64,000 nt of DNA from Takakia lepidozioides (taxonomy: Eukaryota; Plantae; Bryophyta), in the NCBI GenBank assembly GCA_030704615.1, contig CM060732.1, positions 56,668,001 through 56,732,000 of the forward strand. The letters are read 5' to 3'. Each line of letters opens with the position of its first letter. The first letter of the stretch is position 1. Shown here one piece after another: positions 53,640-64,000 of this stretch. Position numbers and translations under genes: made by a program. Under the pieces are notes generated by a model. That model did no database searches and was not told the origin of the DNA. It worked only from the letters and a program-made list of their open reading frames with translations.

Positions 53640-54570
53640 CATAGACCAGATCGGCAACCGTTATCGCATACCACCTGAAGATAGACCAATTCATTCGGGT
53701 CAGACCATAATCGACACCAAAACAACTTGCAGTAGACCAGATCGGCAGACCGTTATTGCAGACCACCTGAATTAGACCATTTCGGCAGACCATGATAGCA
53801 CACCACCTGCAGTAGACTAGCACTGACTTGTAATAGACCAATGCGGCAGAGCATCTGTGACTCCCTTAATGTGCTTTTTAAAGGTTTGATAAAGGAGACA
53901 ATGAAGTCGAAAAATGAGCCAAAGTGAACCAGTAAACGAATGTAGTAGAGTAATGAAGCAAGCATAGTTCAATGAAGCAGACCAAAGACAATACACTCGA
54001 CTAACGATGGGACTGACTTGTGCCCCACATTTAGCCGACCACCGAATTTAGTATACCACTATGTCACGGAGCAGACCAGCAACCGTGGTCCAAACTCAGT
54101 CCACTGGAGGTAGCAGACCAATAACATTAATTCAGTAGCAGACCACGTCGAGGAGAACTGCATATATCGACAGATCAATAACATCGGACCAGCAAAACGT
54201 GGATCACTACTCAATACAAAACGTAGTAGTAGAGTAGACCACGACAGCAAACTTATGAAATGTTCCACAGACCATATGAAGCAGACCAATACAGTACAGG
54301 GGTAGCCCAAGACAGTACACTCGACTAACGATGGGACTGACCTGTGCCACCTAATTTGGTATACCACTATTTCATGGAGGAGACCAACAACCGTGGTCCC
54401 AATTAAGTCCACTCCGTGGAGATAGCAGACCAATCACTTCAGAAGCAGACCACGGCCAGGAGTATAGCATACATCGGTTCACAAGTAGACCACGTGGAGC
54501 ACTACTCAATACAAAACATCGAGCATAAATGTTTAGCAGTAGACCACGACAGTAGACTAATGAAATGTTC
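53640..54570. repeat. AGACC-rich tandem and duplicated region between the transposase and Ulp1 genes
   Basis: Many (C/T)AGACC units and a ~330-bp duplication (ACACTCGACTAACGATGGGACTGAC at ~53993 and ~54317). Confidence 0.7.
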
Positions 54571-54634
54571 CACAAAAGTGTACATCATATATAAAAATGA
54601 ACAGACCTGCACCACATACCACATGAGTGAATTT

Positions 54635-55660
54635 TCATTTATTGCCAGGCCTACATGAAATAACCCGGACTTCGAAAGAGTCTGACACGTCCGAGATCTT
54701 CCTAGATGACAACTGTCTTTCTACAACTACATTCTCCATAGTCCTGAGTGCTTTCAAAATGTACTCAACATACTTTAGGCATTGCCTGCAAGCATAGCGG
54801 AATATAAACCACTTTGAGGTAAATGGCTTTCCTCTCTCTCTAAGTCCTTTGCCACGATCGCCCTTCAACCAGTCGTAGAACCCCTCGCTAAAGGACATGA
54901 CGTAAAAGCCACATTCCCAAGAGAAGGGTTGTTGTCGCACTTCAGGGACATGAAAATTGAATCCAGTGGCCTCGTCCCACAACGCAGTGTGCGGCTCCAA
55001 GCCGAGACATGCTCCATACACATTTCGAACCCATGGCAATATCTCCACGGATTTGTGCATCTCCTTGATTGAGTTCAGATGAGTGAACTCGCGGAGCACC
55101 CTGTCAATAATCAACAAACTCCAATGAGACCTGCCACAACGTAGGGCGCATCAGCACAAGGGAACAACTGCAAATCAAAATGGCAGACCCATTGAGCAGA
55201 CTGGTAGACCTGGGCAGACCAGTGATGGTGGACCAATGATAAAGGGCAGAGAAATAGTGGTACGCACGAACGCAGAGCACTTACCCATCAACTATTGGTA
55301 CCAGTATGTACTTGCAGGTCTTCAGGTCCTTCCCCATATGATGCACTATCAATCCGTGCTCCACCTGCGAGCGAACCCGTTCCTGACCTACACTCCAGTG
55401 AATCTTCACTACACTCCAAACCCATGTCGGCAAAATAGCAACATCATTATATGTCTTGACATCCAGATCCTTCTGATAAAACCTACACCACAACTCAAGC
55501 AATCGGTCTGTAACCTCGGATTCCTGTTTCTCTAGCGATTTGAGGTCCTCGGTGGAAATACTGTACTCAAACTGTGGGTCGTTTTCAAAAAAGTACAGCA
55601 TTGCTTTTCCCTCAGAGATATGTGCATTGAAAGTGGAGCCAAATCGGGCAGTGAACCTGC
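54635..55660 (-). pseudogene. Ulp1/SENP-like (peptidase C48) protease cargo gene, cut off at its 5' side by element C
   Basis: EDLKSL...VTDRLLE, KYILVPIV, an exon starting SHWSLLII (His), HLNS and QQPFSWECGFYV (Gln/Cys). Intron at ~55131-55284. Confidence 0.82.
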
Positions 55661-55934
55661 ACAAACTCGGGAAAACCCTTTAAGAACCGGGCTGGCGCAG
55701 GGATGCCTCGGCGTGAGCCTAGTCACGTGAGCGCGTGAGCGCAACTGCGCTCACGCCATGTCACCTTGCGCCAATGCCACATCACGGGGCTCACTCCACG
55801 TCATCACACTTGAAGACCGCATCACCACGCGCCCAGGAAGAAGTGGAGTGTATTCCCGCGGATTGGCACCCTTTACCACGAAAACAAGCTGGACGACATA
55901 ATAAAAGGCAGTGGTCATTCCCACCTGAAAGCAA

Positions 55935-56290
55935 CAGATGAATAAAGGATGGATGAATGTAAAGTTGGATGATAAACAGATGGATGAGTGTGAAAAATGA
56001 ATGTAGATGGATGAATGAGGGATGGATAAGAGTCAAATGGATGAATGTATAATGGATGTTGAGCAATGGAAAACATTCATGACAGGAAGATGCATGACTA
56101 AAACTTTAGACGAATGCACAATGTATATGACATGAGTGTGGTAGGTTTGGGGGGTGGATTAAAGAGTACAGAGGATGAATGTACAATGGATGTTGAACAA
56201 AGGAAAACATTCATGAATGGAGCACGCATGAATACACTGTAGATGAAAGCACAATGGATATGACAAGAGTGAGGGAGGTTTGTGAGATGG
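55935..56290. repeat. Low-complexity GGATGAAT-rich repeat with a ~140-bp duplication
   Basis: Repeated GATGGATGAATG units; GGAAAACATTCATGA occurs twice. Confidence 0.7.
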
Positions 56291-56879
56291 ATTCATACAT
56301 ATTGCAATATAAATGGTAGTTGATTCTTTGATTATTTTTCTTTCCAAAGGAACAACAACGGTGGAGGAAGGGGATTCAACGTTTTCCAAAGAGGATGAAA
56401 CAGAATATTAAAAGAACATAGTTCAGTCTGACTCAGAGTCAGTACAATGTATCCCCGCTTCCTCTGCATCTAAGTCTAAGTATTTAAGAACTCCGGATCT
56501 ACGCTGGCTACACCTATGGCCGGGCAGTAAAAAATCAGGGGATAGGGACTCGGCCGCGTGAAGTGCCATTGCTTCGGCATAATCATGAAGCAGAAAATTG
56601 GAAAGGGGGCTGTCGAAAATAGACTCGCCACAAATGACTGTATCTCCTGAAGATCCACCGCTGCCTTTCCTGAAAGACAGCCTGAAAAAGTTATTACTGT
56701 AACTTTGATGTTATTGAGAAATTGAGTATGGCTCCCAAAGTGGGTTTAGCACTTACTCACATGAAAAGTTGTTGTCCACCTGCTTATCTTCGGGATCGTC
56801 ATCATTTCGAATTTGAATCCGATTAGTCTGTGTGCCTGAAGTAGAGCCAGACAAAAGGGGGAGGAGCACTGTGTTGTAG

Positions 56880-59800
56880 AGGTCAGAATCACCCTCCATG
56901 CCAAAAAGGCTTCTTCCGCCTGCCTTGCATGCATGGTAAGTTGCTCCTGCACCAGATAGGAGGACATGAACAGTTTGGTGGGGGGGTTTTAAGCAGATGG
57001 AACTGGTGAAATAAAATCAATTCAGAAGGGAGAGAACCTATGGACACAGAAAGATCGACCACCCGTGCAGAGTGGTGGCTGCATGACTTCAGCAGTATTT
57101 GCATGAACGATGGGGATTTTTCCTTTGCACCTCTCCAGGGAGTGCCATCTGGTCTCTTCAGAGTCTGACTGGACTGCATGAAGTTGTACAAAATGTCATT
57201 GACATGCGGCTCATAGGGGGGGTTGACGAAACAACCCTGGTCAGAAATCTCAAAGCTGCGGATGGAGGATGGTGTCTTTGAGGTGCGAATCCTCCGCAGG
57301 CAGATCGCCTCGAACATCCTCGTCTGCCAAAGATAGCAGGTTAGTGTGGTAAACACAATCTACAGTGGAAGTGTGTACATCGGCTATTCAGAACTTAGGC
57401 ATAAAACAATCATTTTTATCACGAATTGGTGATGATCGGTGTCGATCATGACAGATTCTTCTAGAGTGGAGCTGCAGAGAACATTGAAACTCATCATGAA
57501 AGCACAAGCAGAAGGGAGACGGCATACCAGCTGACCAAGGAAACCCCCTTTCACAAGGTAGAGGCTGTTCACACAATTCCATGTGCGCAAAACTTCAAAC
57601 CCTGAAGACTTCAGGTATGATGCCAATGCCCGACGACTATCTTTGTCACATGACTGAAAAAGCAGAAGTGTCCCTGCATCAGAGAGGAAATTATTACAGA
57701 ACCCGAACACCCAACTCCAGTAGTTGTCCTCGAATTTGTTCCAGCCTGGCGTCTTGCCCTTTGGAAGAACTTCTGGCACAGCCTGGCCATCCGGGATGTC
57801 GAGAATGACAATGTCAGCCGCATATGTTTTCTACACACCGCACACGAAGGTGGGGCCAGTGCTCACCTGCAACAGACATGCTTATTTTAAGAACGATGGC
57901 AAGAATGTTTTCAAAGAACCAGACTGAAATACTGCCAATGAAACTTTCAGAGAAAAAGGAAAGAAATGGAATTCTCACCAGATTGAGGAATGAGATTATG
58001 TTGTCCCAGGTAGGCGAAGGCACCCCAGTGTATCCTCTCTTTCGACTCTGCATCATTGCCAGTCAACCCTCATTGACAATTTTAATCTCTCCTGCCGAAT
58101 CAGAACGGGAAGGTGTGGCTTGGCATCGAACACGCACTGAACTGTGCGGGTATATCTTCCAGCAGTGAAGTCCTGCCCACTCTCTTTTTCCTTCTCCATC
58201 TCCTTTTCTTTCTCCTTCCCCTTGTCCTTTTCCTTTTCCTTCTCTTTGGACTTGTCTTTGTCCTTTGGCTTTGCTGGTGAGATGGCTATGACATCAGGAG
58301 CCTTGTCTTTTGGTTTGCGGCCCGCCTTCTTTCCCTTCTGCGGCGTTCCCTGAGCATCAGGCTCCTTGGCAGCCAATGTTGCTATGTTTCTTTGGTACTG
58401 CTCGTCAGTCAGAGGCACCAGCATCTCAGCATTATTGTTCAAATATTTCATGTGCTGTTCTTGAAAGGTCGTGTGCTCCGATGGGCAGTCAAGGTACCAG
58501 CCACAGTCTCTGAAGTGAGAAGGACTCCAGTCCTTCAATATCCCTGCAGTATACATGGTTGGATCGTTTGCAGGGTCCGACCACATGTCAAGATAGTCTG
58601 GAATACCGCTCAGGTGATTTCCTTCCATAAGCACATATTTCGTGTATCTATTAAACAGGAGATAAATCCCAACCCACCAAAGCGCGAAGTGAGTAAGATG
58701 CAAGTAGCACAGAATGAAAAAAACATGGAATGAAATGACTCTGAGAATTGCTCCAAGGATCTCTCAGGACCACGCGACAGCTCTGGATGTGAATGTCGTC
58801 AACGCCATTCAAAAAATTCCATTCAATGATACTGCAAATACACCCTAATCCACGTGAATGCAAACTCTCGCTTTGGAATGACACAGACGTAGAAGCGAAT
58901 GTCGTCAACGTCATTCACTTTGGATTTGTGAATACGCTGCTAATGAAGCCTAATGATTTCTCAAAAGAGGCAAAATCATTGGATGGAAACAGAATGTCGG
59001 CAACGACATTCAGAAACTCGAATAAGGAACCCTCCCTAAAAACTCAATGGACATTCAAACGTACATAACACTAGGACCTCATAATAACACTAGGATGTGA
59101 ATGGTGTCAACGCCATTCACAAAATTCCGAACAAAAAATAAATACAAACACCCTAAGCTCCTAATCCATGTAAATTCAAATTGTCGCTGGTGAATGACAC
59201 AGACATAGAAGTGAATGTCGTCAACGACATTCACTTTGGATCTCTGATAACACAGCTAATCAAGCCTCAAGATTTCTCGCAAGAGACAAAAGCATTGCAG
59301 AACAACTGAATGTCTGCATTGACATTCAGGAAACTGGAGCAAGGAACCCTCACTGTAAACTCTATGGACATTACAAAAACTTACATAACTCTGAGGACCT
59401 ATTAACAACTCTGGATGTGAATGTCGTCAACGCCATTCAGGGACATTATCAATTCTAATCAGTGACACTATAAATACACCCTAAGCTCCTAATCCAGGTG
59501 AATTCAAATTCTCGCTTAAGAATGACTCAGACAAAGAAGTGAATGTCGTCAACGACATTCAATTTGGATCTATGATTTCAATCCTTATGAAGCCAAATTA
59601 TTTCCCAAAAAGTGCAGTAGAGTTTCCAGTATGATATTGCACCTGTACACAACTCGCATCATGGCCCACTCTCCTCCAACCTGACTGTCAAAGTCGTTGG
59701 ACCGTAAAATGTTACCATCTTTGGAGAACTCCCGGAAAAAACAGTATCTCCAGGTGAGACCTCTCCACTTCCTTATGTATGCCTCCAATGACATTGGGGA

Positions 59801-62577
59801 GGGGAAACAATCGAAATGTTCAAGTCCTTCAAAGTCTGATCCAGCATAATGACGGCGCGCTTTTCGAGCTGCAAATTGTATATTTGTCAGTATTGCAAAT
59901 AAGATACTCATCACATAATTGAAGAAAAGAAAACGGCTTATTTGAATACACACCTGACTCCAAAATGTAGCCTTGTGGAGCCAGTTATCAAACACCAAAT
60001 CACTGATTCCTTCCACCTTTGTGCCAGGCTGTATGGTGCTCTTTGGGAACTGATTCAAGTCCTTTACTGTCTGATCTGAGTTCTATATCTCCAGCCACCT
60101 TATTTTTGTTTGTGGGTCGACCATGGATATGGCCAGCCGGTGCAATTTCTCCTGCTGCATCTCCGGATGCACATGCTTATCATAGTGAGATTTGATCTGC
60201 TGAAGGAACTCAGAACCAAGTCCAGGGTCTACTATTCTAAGCTGCTTTCCGAAGGCGGACATCAATTTGGTTCTTCGCATTTCAAACTCCTTCTTTATTG
60301 CTGCTTCCACACCCTTTGATGTCCGTAGTTCCTCTGGTGTAGTGCGGTAATATTCGGATTTTCTCTTCTCAGCTGCCTCTGCCAATTCTTGTTGCATTGA
60401 TTCAAATAGTGATTAGCACCGAAGGAACTACAAACATGTATTCGAAAAGTAAACTAAGTACAAACTCGGGCTTACCGCATACATGTACTCCAGAAACGCC
60501 TCTCGAGTCAAAGAATACCAAGTGCCTGCAGCTCTTCCTTTTTCGCACTTCTTGATTATATTGGGGGGGAGTATTGTCTGAAAATCATCCAGCTTCATCA
60601 GACCAATCCTCTGAATTCGGAATAGTGTGTGGACCAAGCTTGTTGTCACATGCGATTTCTCTGTCGATCTACAAAAACATTGGAAACATTGCATTCCTTA
60701 ATACTGTTTTTTTTGGGATTAACAAGACACTACAGAGGGAATGAAGTCTCTAGGATGACTTACTTGTTCACGTCGTGCATAGCTGTAAGAAGCCTAGCGA
60801 TGTCGTTTCCAGGATCCAAAACCATTGCCTCCACAATAACATGCTTGTCTTTGTCTTTCGCATGATGTTTCTGAATGTATCCCATCCATGCCAGCAATCG
60901 GTGGTTGCCGTCCCAGACGTAGAACATGTGGTTGCAGAATTGCTGGGTGTTCTTTCCCATCATGAGGCCCAACTCGAACTCCTCATTAGCATCTTTCCAG
61001 CACTCATCCCAGGTATCACTGATCTCTGGAGACACTAATGTGCTTTTCCCATTTATATCCGTCAGTGACACATAAAAAACTTGTGCACCAAGTCTGTATC
61101 CATGCACGAAATCACTCTCCAATTTTGTTATGTCATGGGAAAGAGGTGGACGCACAACAGGCATAGATATCATCCGGCATAGAGGGATGTCCAGACGCCC
61201 TCCAGATACGAGCATGTCCCTTATAACCTCCTGAGAGTTTACCTTCTGGAATGACATGAGTTCTTTCACCTTGTCAAGGTAGTGCACTTCAGATTCATCT
61301 GCTTCATTGTTATTCTCTGAGCTTTTTCCAGACTCGTCCCCATCTCCAGATCCTTTCCCCTCTGATTCTGTAGGCTTGGACCTCACAGTTTTCTGCACGA
61401 TGCCATTCAAATCTGACTGAGTATGTGCAAATAGTGAACGGCGGTAACGACCATCACTCTGTCTTGTCTCAACTCACAATGAATGGTGTGAAACAAATTC
61501 AGAACCATCTACACAAGCAAAGCTGATCCTGCCAAATTCAAAACAAAACACTATGATTCTAGGGACACAGGAACAGAAAGGTTTTGAGCAAGAGCGAACG
61601 GCGTTAACGACAATCACAAAAGAGTGGGACCTGCCGGATCGGTGTTGTGCAATGACATATATGTGTAAGTGATTGGCGGCAACGACATTCATTATAGTTT
61701 AGGGCGGACAGTAAGTGCAGATTATTCAGATTGACTCCATTGTGATGAACGTCGCAAACATTCACTGTTTCTTGTATGTCGAGAGTACTTTCCAATCGAT
61801 ACTCTACCTGAATCTACAGTATGGTCTTCAAATCTTTGATTGGCGGTACCGCCTTTCCACTTCTCTATCTGTTCAACCTCAAACAAAGAAAATGCATTGC
61901 AAAACAATATGATTGAATATGCCGACCCTCACTCTCTCTTCAAACACATAGGTACATAAATCTCATGAGGAGAATCGAATGGCGTTAACGACGCTCGCAA
62001 TTCAGTAGACTTCAATCACATGTTCCTGCTAAAGAAGGGAAGAGAAAGGACTGTTTGAAAGGCAATCAGACAGACTGTATGACCTGAACAACAGTGAATG
62101 ACGGTACCGTCATTCACCCACTCAATGTGCGGTAAACCCTTTACAGAGGAGTAGAAAGCAAATCACCGTTGTTTCATGGTGATGGTCGGTAGCGACAATC
62201 CCTTTCTGGGACATTCCACTCAATCTCTACGTAGATCTTCAACAATGAAATGTAAGTTAGAGAAAACTTACTGGCGCCTTCTTAGGTTTTGAAATTGGAT
62301 CCCCTTCTGCAGCTTTCCTCTTCCCTCTCATATCTGTTGGAATTTCTGTCTGCTCTAGGGTTTCTGGACCTTCTCCCGGTTTAGCGTTCCTCGTACTTCC
62401 ACCTCCTTCAGTTTCCCTGCGAGTCATCTCTGCATCCACAGGCTGGTTTCCAACGCGCACTGTTATCGCCGACTGTGTCACAGCCGCTGCCTCAGTCTCG
62501 GTCTGCTCTTGTGAATCAGTCTCCGCGTTCACCTGCTGCCTTGGCCCTGTGTTCTCCAACAAACGACGCCTCGTCAT
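56880..62577 (-). CDS. Element-C multi-exon ParB/Srx-like plus beta-class amino-MTase-like gene (intactness not verified)
   Basis: DIPLCRMISMPVVRP...FYVS...MFYVWDGNHRLLAW, LEAYIRKW, WSDPANDPTMYTAGILKDW..HFRDCGWYLD, ADIVILDIPDG, PWRGAKEKSPSFMQILLKSCSHHSARVVDLSVSIG and GATYHACKAGGRSLFGMEGD. Intron positions match the B gene; 3' end approximate. Confidence 0.8.
58785..59565. repeat. Intronic array of 8 family-C palindromes GAATGT-CGTCAACG-ACATTC within a ~310-320 bp tandem unit
   Basis: Copies at ~58791, 58897, 58992, 59099, 59213, 59308, 59419 and 59541, inside intron 58648-59642. Confidence 0.9.
61430..62205. repeat. Degenerate family-C palindromes in intron 1 of the ParB-MTase gene
   Basis: For example GTGAATGACGGTACCGTCATTCAC (~62094), GAATGGCGTTAACGACGCTC (~61977) and GATTGGCGGCAACGACATTC (~61671). 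Confidence 0.7.
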
Positions 62578-63429
62578 TTGCTCTCTTGCTCTGCGTCTCT
62601 CTCTAAGGGAAGTAAAAAAGAGACTTTCTTCTCTTTCGTATTGTAGAAGGAACCCTCTCCAGCTTGACTACCACTCTCCCTCTAAGCGCGAAAAGTTGAA
62701 AAACGAAGTGACTCCCGATTTCTTGCGGGATTGCGTGCGTTGTTGCTTGTCTCTAGAAGCATCGGATTCCCTCTCGCGTGACCGTTACACATAGTCATTC
62801 CCTTATTGGTGCACATACCAGCAATTAGTGTACAGCTGTTCGTATTCAATATAGTTATCGATGTCTGACGTGTGTCGCCCAAAATAATCGGCGTGTTCTT
62901 TATTAGAACGGTTTCAATATTTAAAAATAACAGCGAATCCCAGAAATTTTGGCGCACAGTCTTGGACAAATATATGTAAATGAACGAGAGTTTGATGACA
63001 AATTTTGGGATATCATACACGTTCATCCTTGTTAGCCAACCCCACGTTCGTTTCACATTTTGAACTTTCCATGTGCGCATGATCATTGGTAGTAGTATAA
63101 AGATGCATTTACTTAATCTGCAATCCCACCCTCAGATCCTGTGGCATGCTTCAAGGAAGTCGGCTTGTTATTGTGTTTATTGATGAGGTTCTGATTAACG
63201 GTTTAACAGCTGCCGACATTGCTCCTAGGGATACTCTGACCATTGGGCCCACAAGAAAAGTAATTAAAATGGACGGTTGCATATCTGGAAGGAATAACAG
63301 AATATGCACAGTTGTCGTCTGAGCTTCCTCCGCCATATTCTCTGCTCATTCTTCAACTGTGTTCTGGAGACATCAGTAAACCGATTTACACTGAAGGTCT
63401 GCGATAGCAAGGTATCAACATACGTGAGG

Positions 63430-64000
63430 AAGGAAGATGGCTTCCTCTGAAGCGGAGTTCTTAACCAGTGCCGTTCTCCCAGGAAGTCCTTGACAATGGA
63501 TTTGCAATTGTTCTGGAGCATGTCTTGGCTACCCGTTTTCAGCTTTAGAATGGCTCCATCTTTTTGGAGAAAGAGGTGTACGATTTGAAATGGAAGTTGT
63601 TGAAATACTCTTTCCAAAACCGTGATGAGACGGCTCATGTCAGCCAGTGGAGAGTGCGCCCTGGTTGATACAGAGTACTTGGAGAGCCTCGGCGAAAGTC
63701 CCTTGGATCATATGTGACGCCCGGGACTGCTGCTTCGTTCGTTGAAGACAAGAAGGAGGTGGTGGTGAAAAAAGAACATACGTCCTCCACTCCAATCGTT
63801 GAGCTTTCGGATTCATCCGATGATGACATAAGTGAAATTCCAAATCCAGTCCTTCCTACTGTGGTTGGAGAAGCTGATGAAGAAGAGATTTGTAGTGTCA
63901 TTCCAAAACTACGGGCGATGGGAGGAATGGCTGGATTCAAAAGTGAGTTGCGAGGAATTGATTGGGAATCTTTGAAGCAGGTGCCTGTGAAGTTCTTGCC
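63430..64000 (+). pseudogene. N-terminal part of the element-C transposase (homolog of the element-B transposase), partial, with stops
   Basis: LATRFQL*NGSIFLEKE vs B LCSKFKLKPGTVYLEEE; VELSDSSDDD vs FDISDEEDD; GFKSELRGIDWESLKQVPVKFL vs GSRSELAALDYAKFPVRKVTFL. Confidence 0.7.

Larger units (their letters stand above)
55698..64000. mobile_element. Element C: second ParB-MTase Mutator-like transposon, runs off the window end
   Basis: Terminus (CA)GGGATGCCTCGGCGTGAGC with a GCGTGAGCGC-AACT-GCGCTCACGC hairpin. ParB-MTase gene on minus and the start of a B-like transposase on plus. First base uncertain (55698-55700); TSD cannot be checked. Confidence 0.82.

Overview
Eukaryotic, intron-containing DNA, most likely from a non-seed land plant (inference from gene and TE types). 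Host genes: two tail-to-tail nepenthesin-like (A1 family) aspartic protease genes at 9.1-11.2 kb (+) and 14.5-16.9 kb (-). Most of the rest is a nest of decayed transposons: tRNA-derived SINE-like copies, a Helitron-like end, hAT and Plavaka transposase pseudogenes, a LINE fragment and a MULE/SWIM element carrying a Ulp1 protease. The main observation is a group of Mutator-like DNA transposons, present as three divergent families (A, B, C) plus one remnant. They carry a spliced gene with a beta-class amino-(N4C/N6A) DNA-methyltransferase-like domain, fused to a ParB/Srx-like domain in B and C (A lacks its 5' exons). Element B is fully delimited: 36256-50828, imperfect TIRs, 8-bp TSD CTATGGAC. 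Each family has its own ~20-26 bp palindrome with a shared CG-N-YR-N-CG core. The palindrome is repeated in the intergenic region and in homologous introns of the gene, and in B it is phased at about 53 bp. This looks like a transposon-borne, parS-like self-recognition or self-marking system. Function is inference only, and the copies show frameshifts, stops or truncations.
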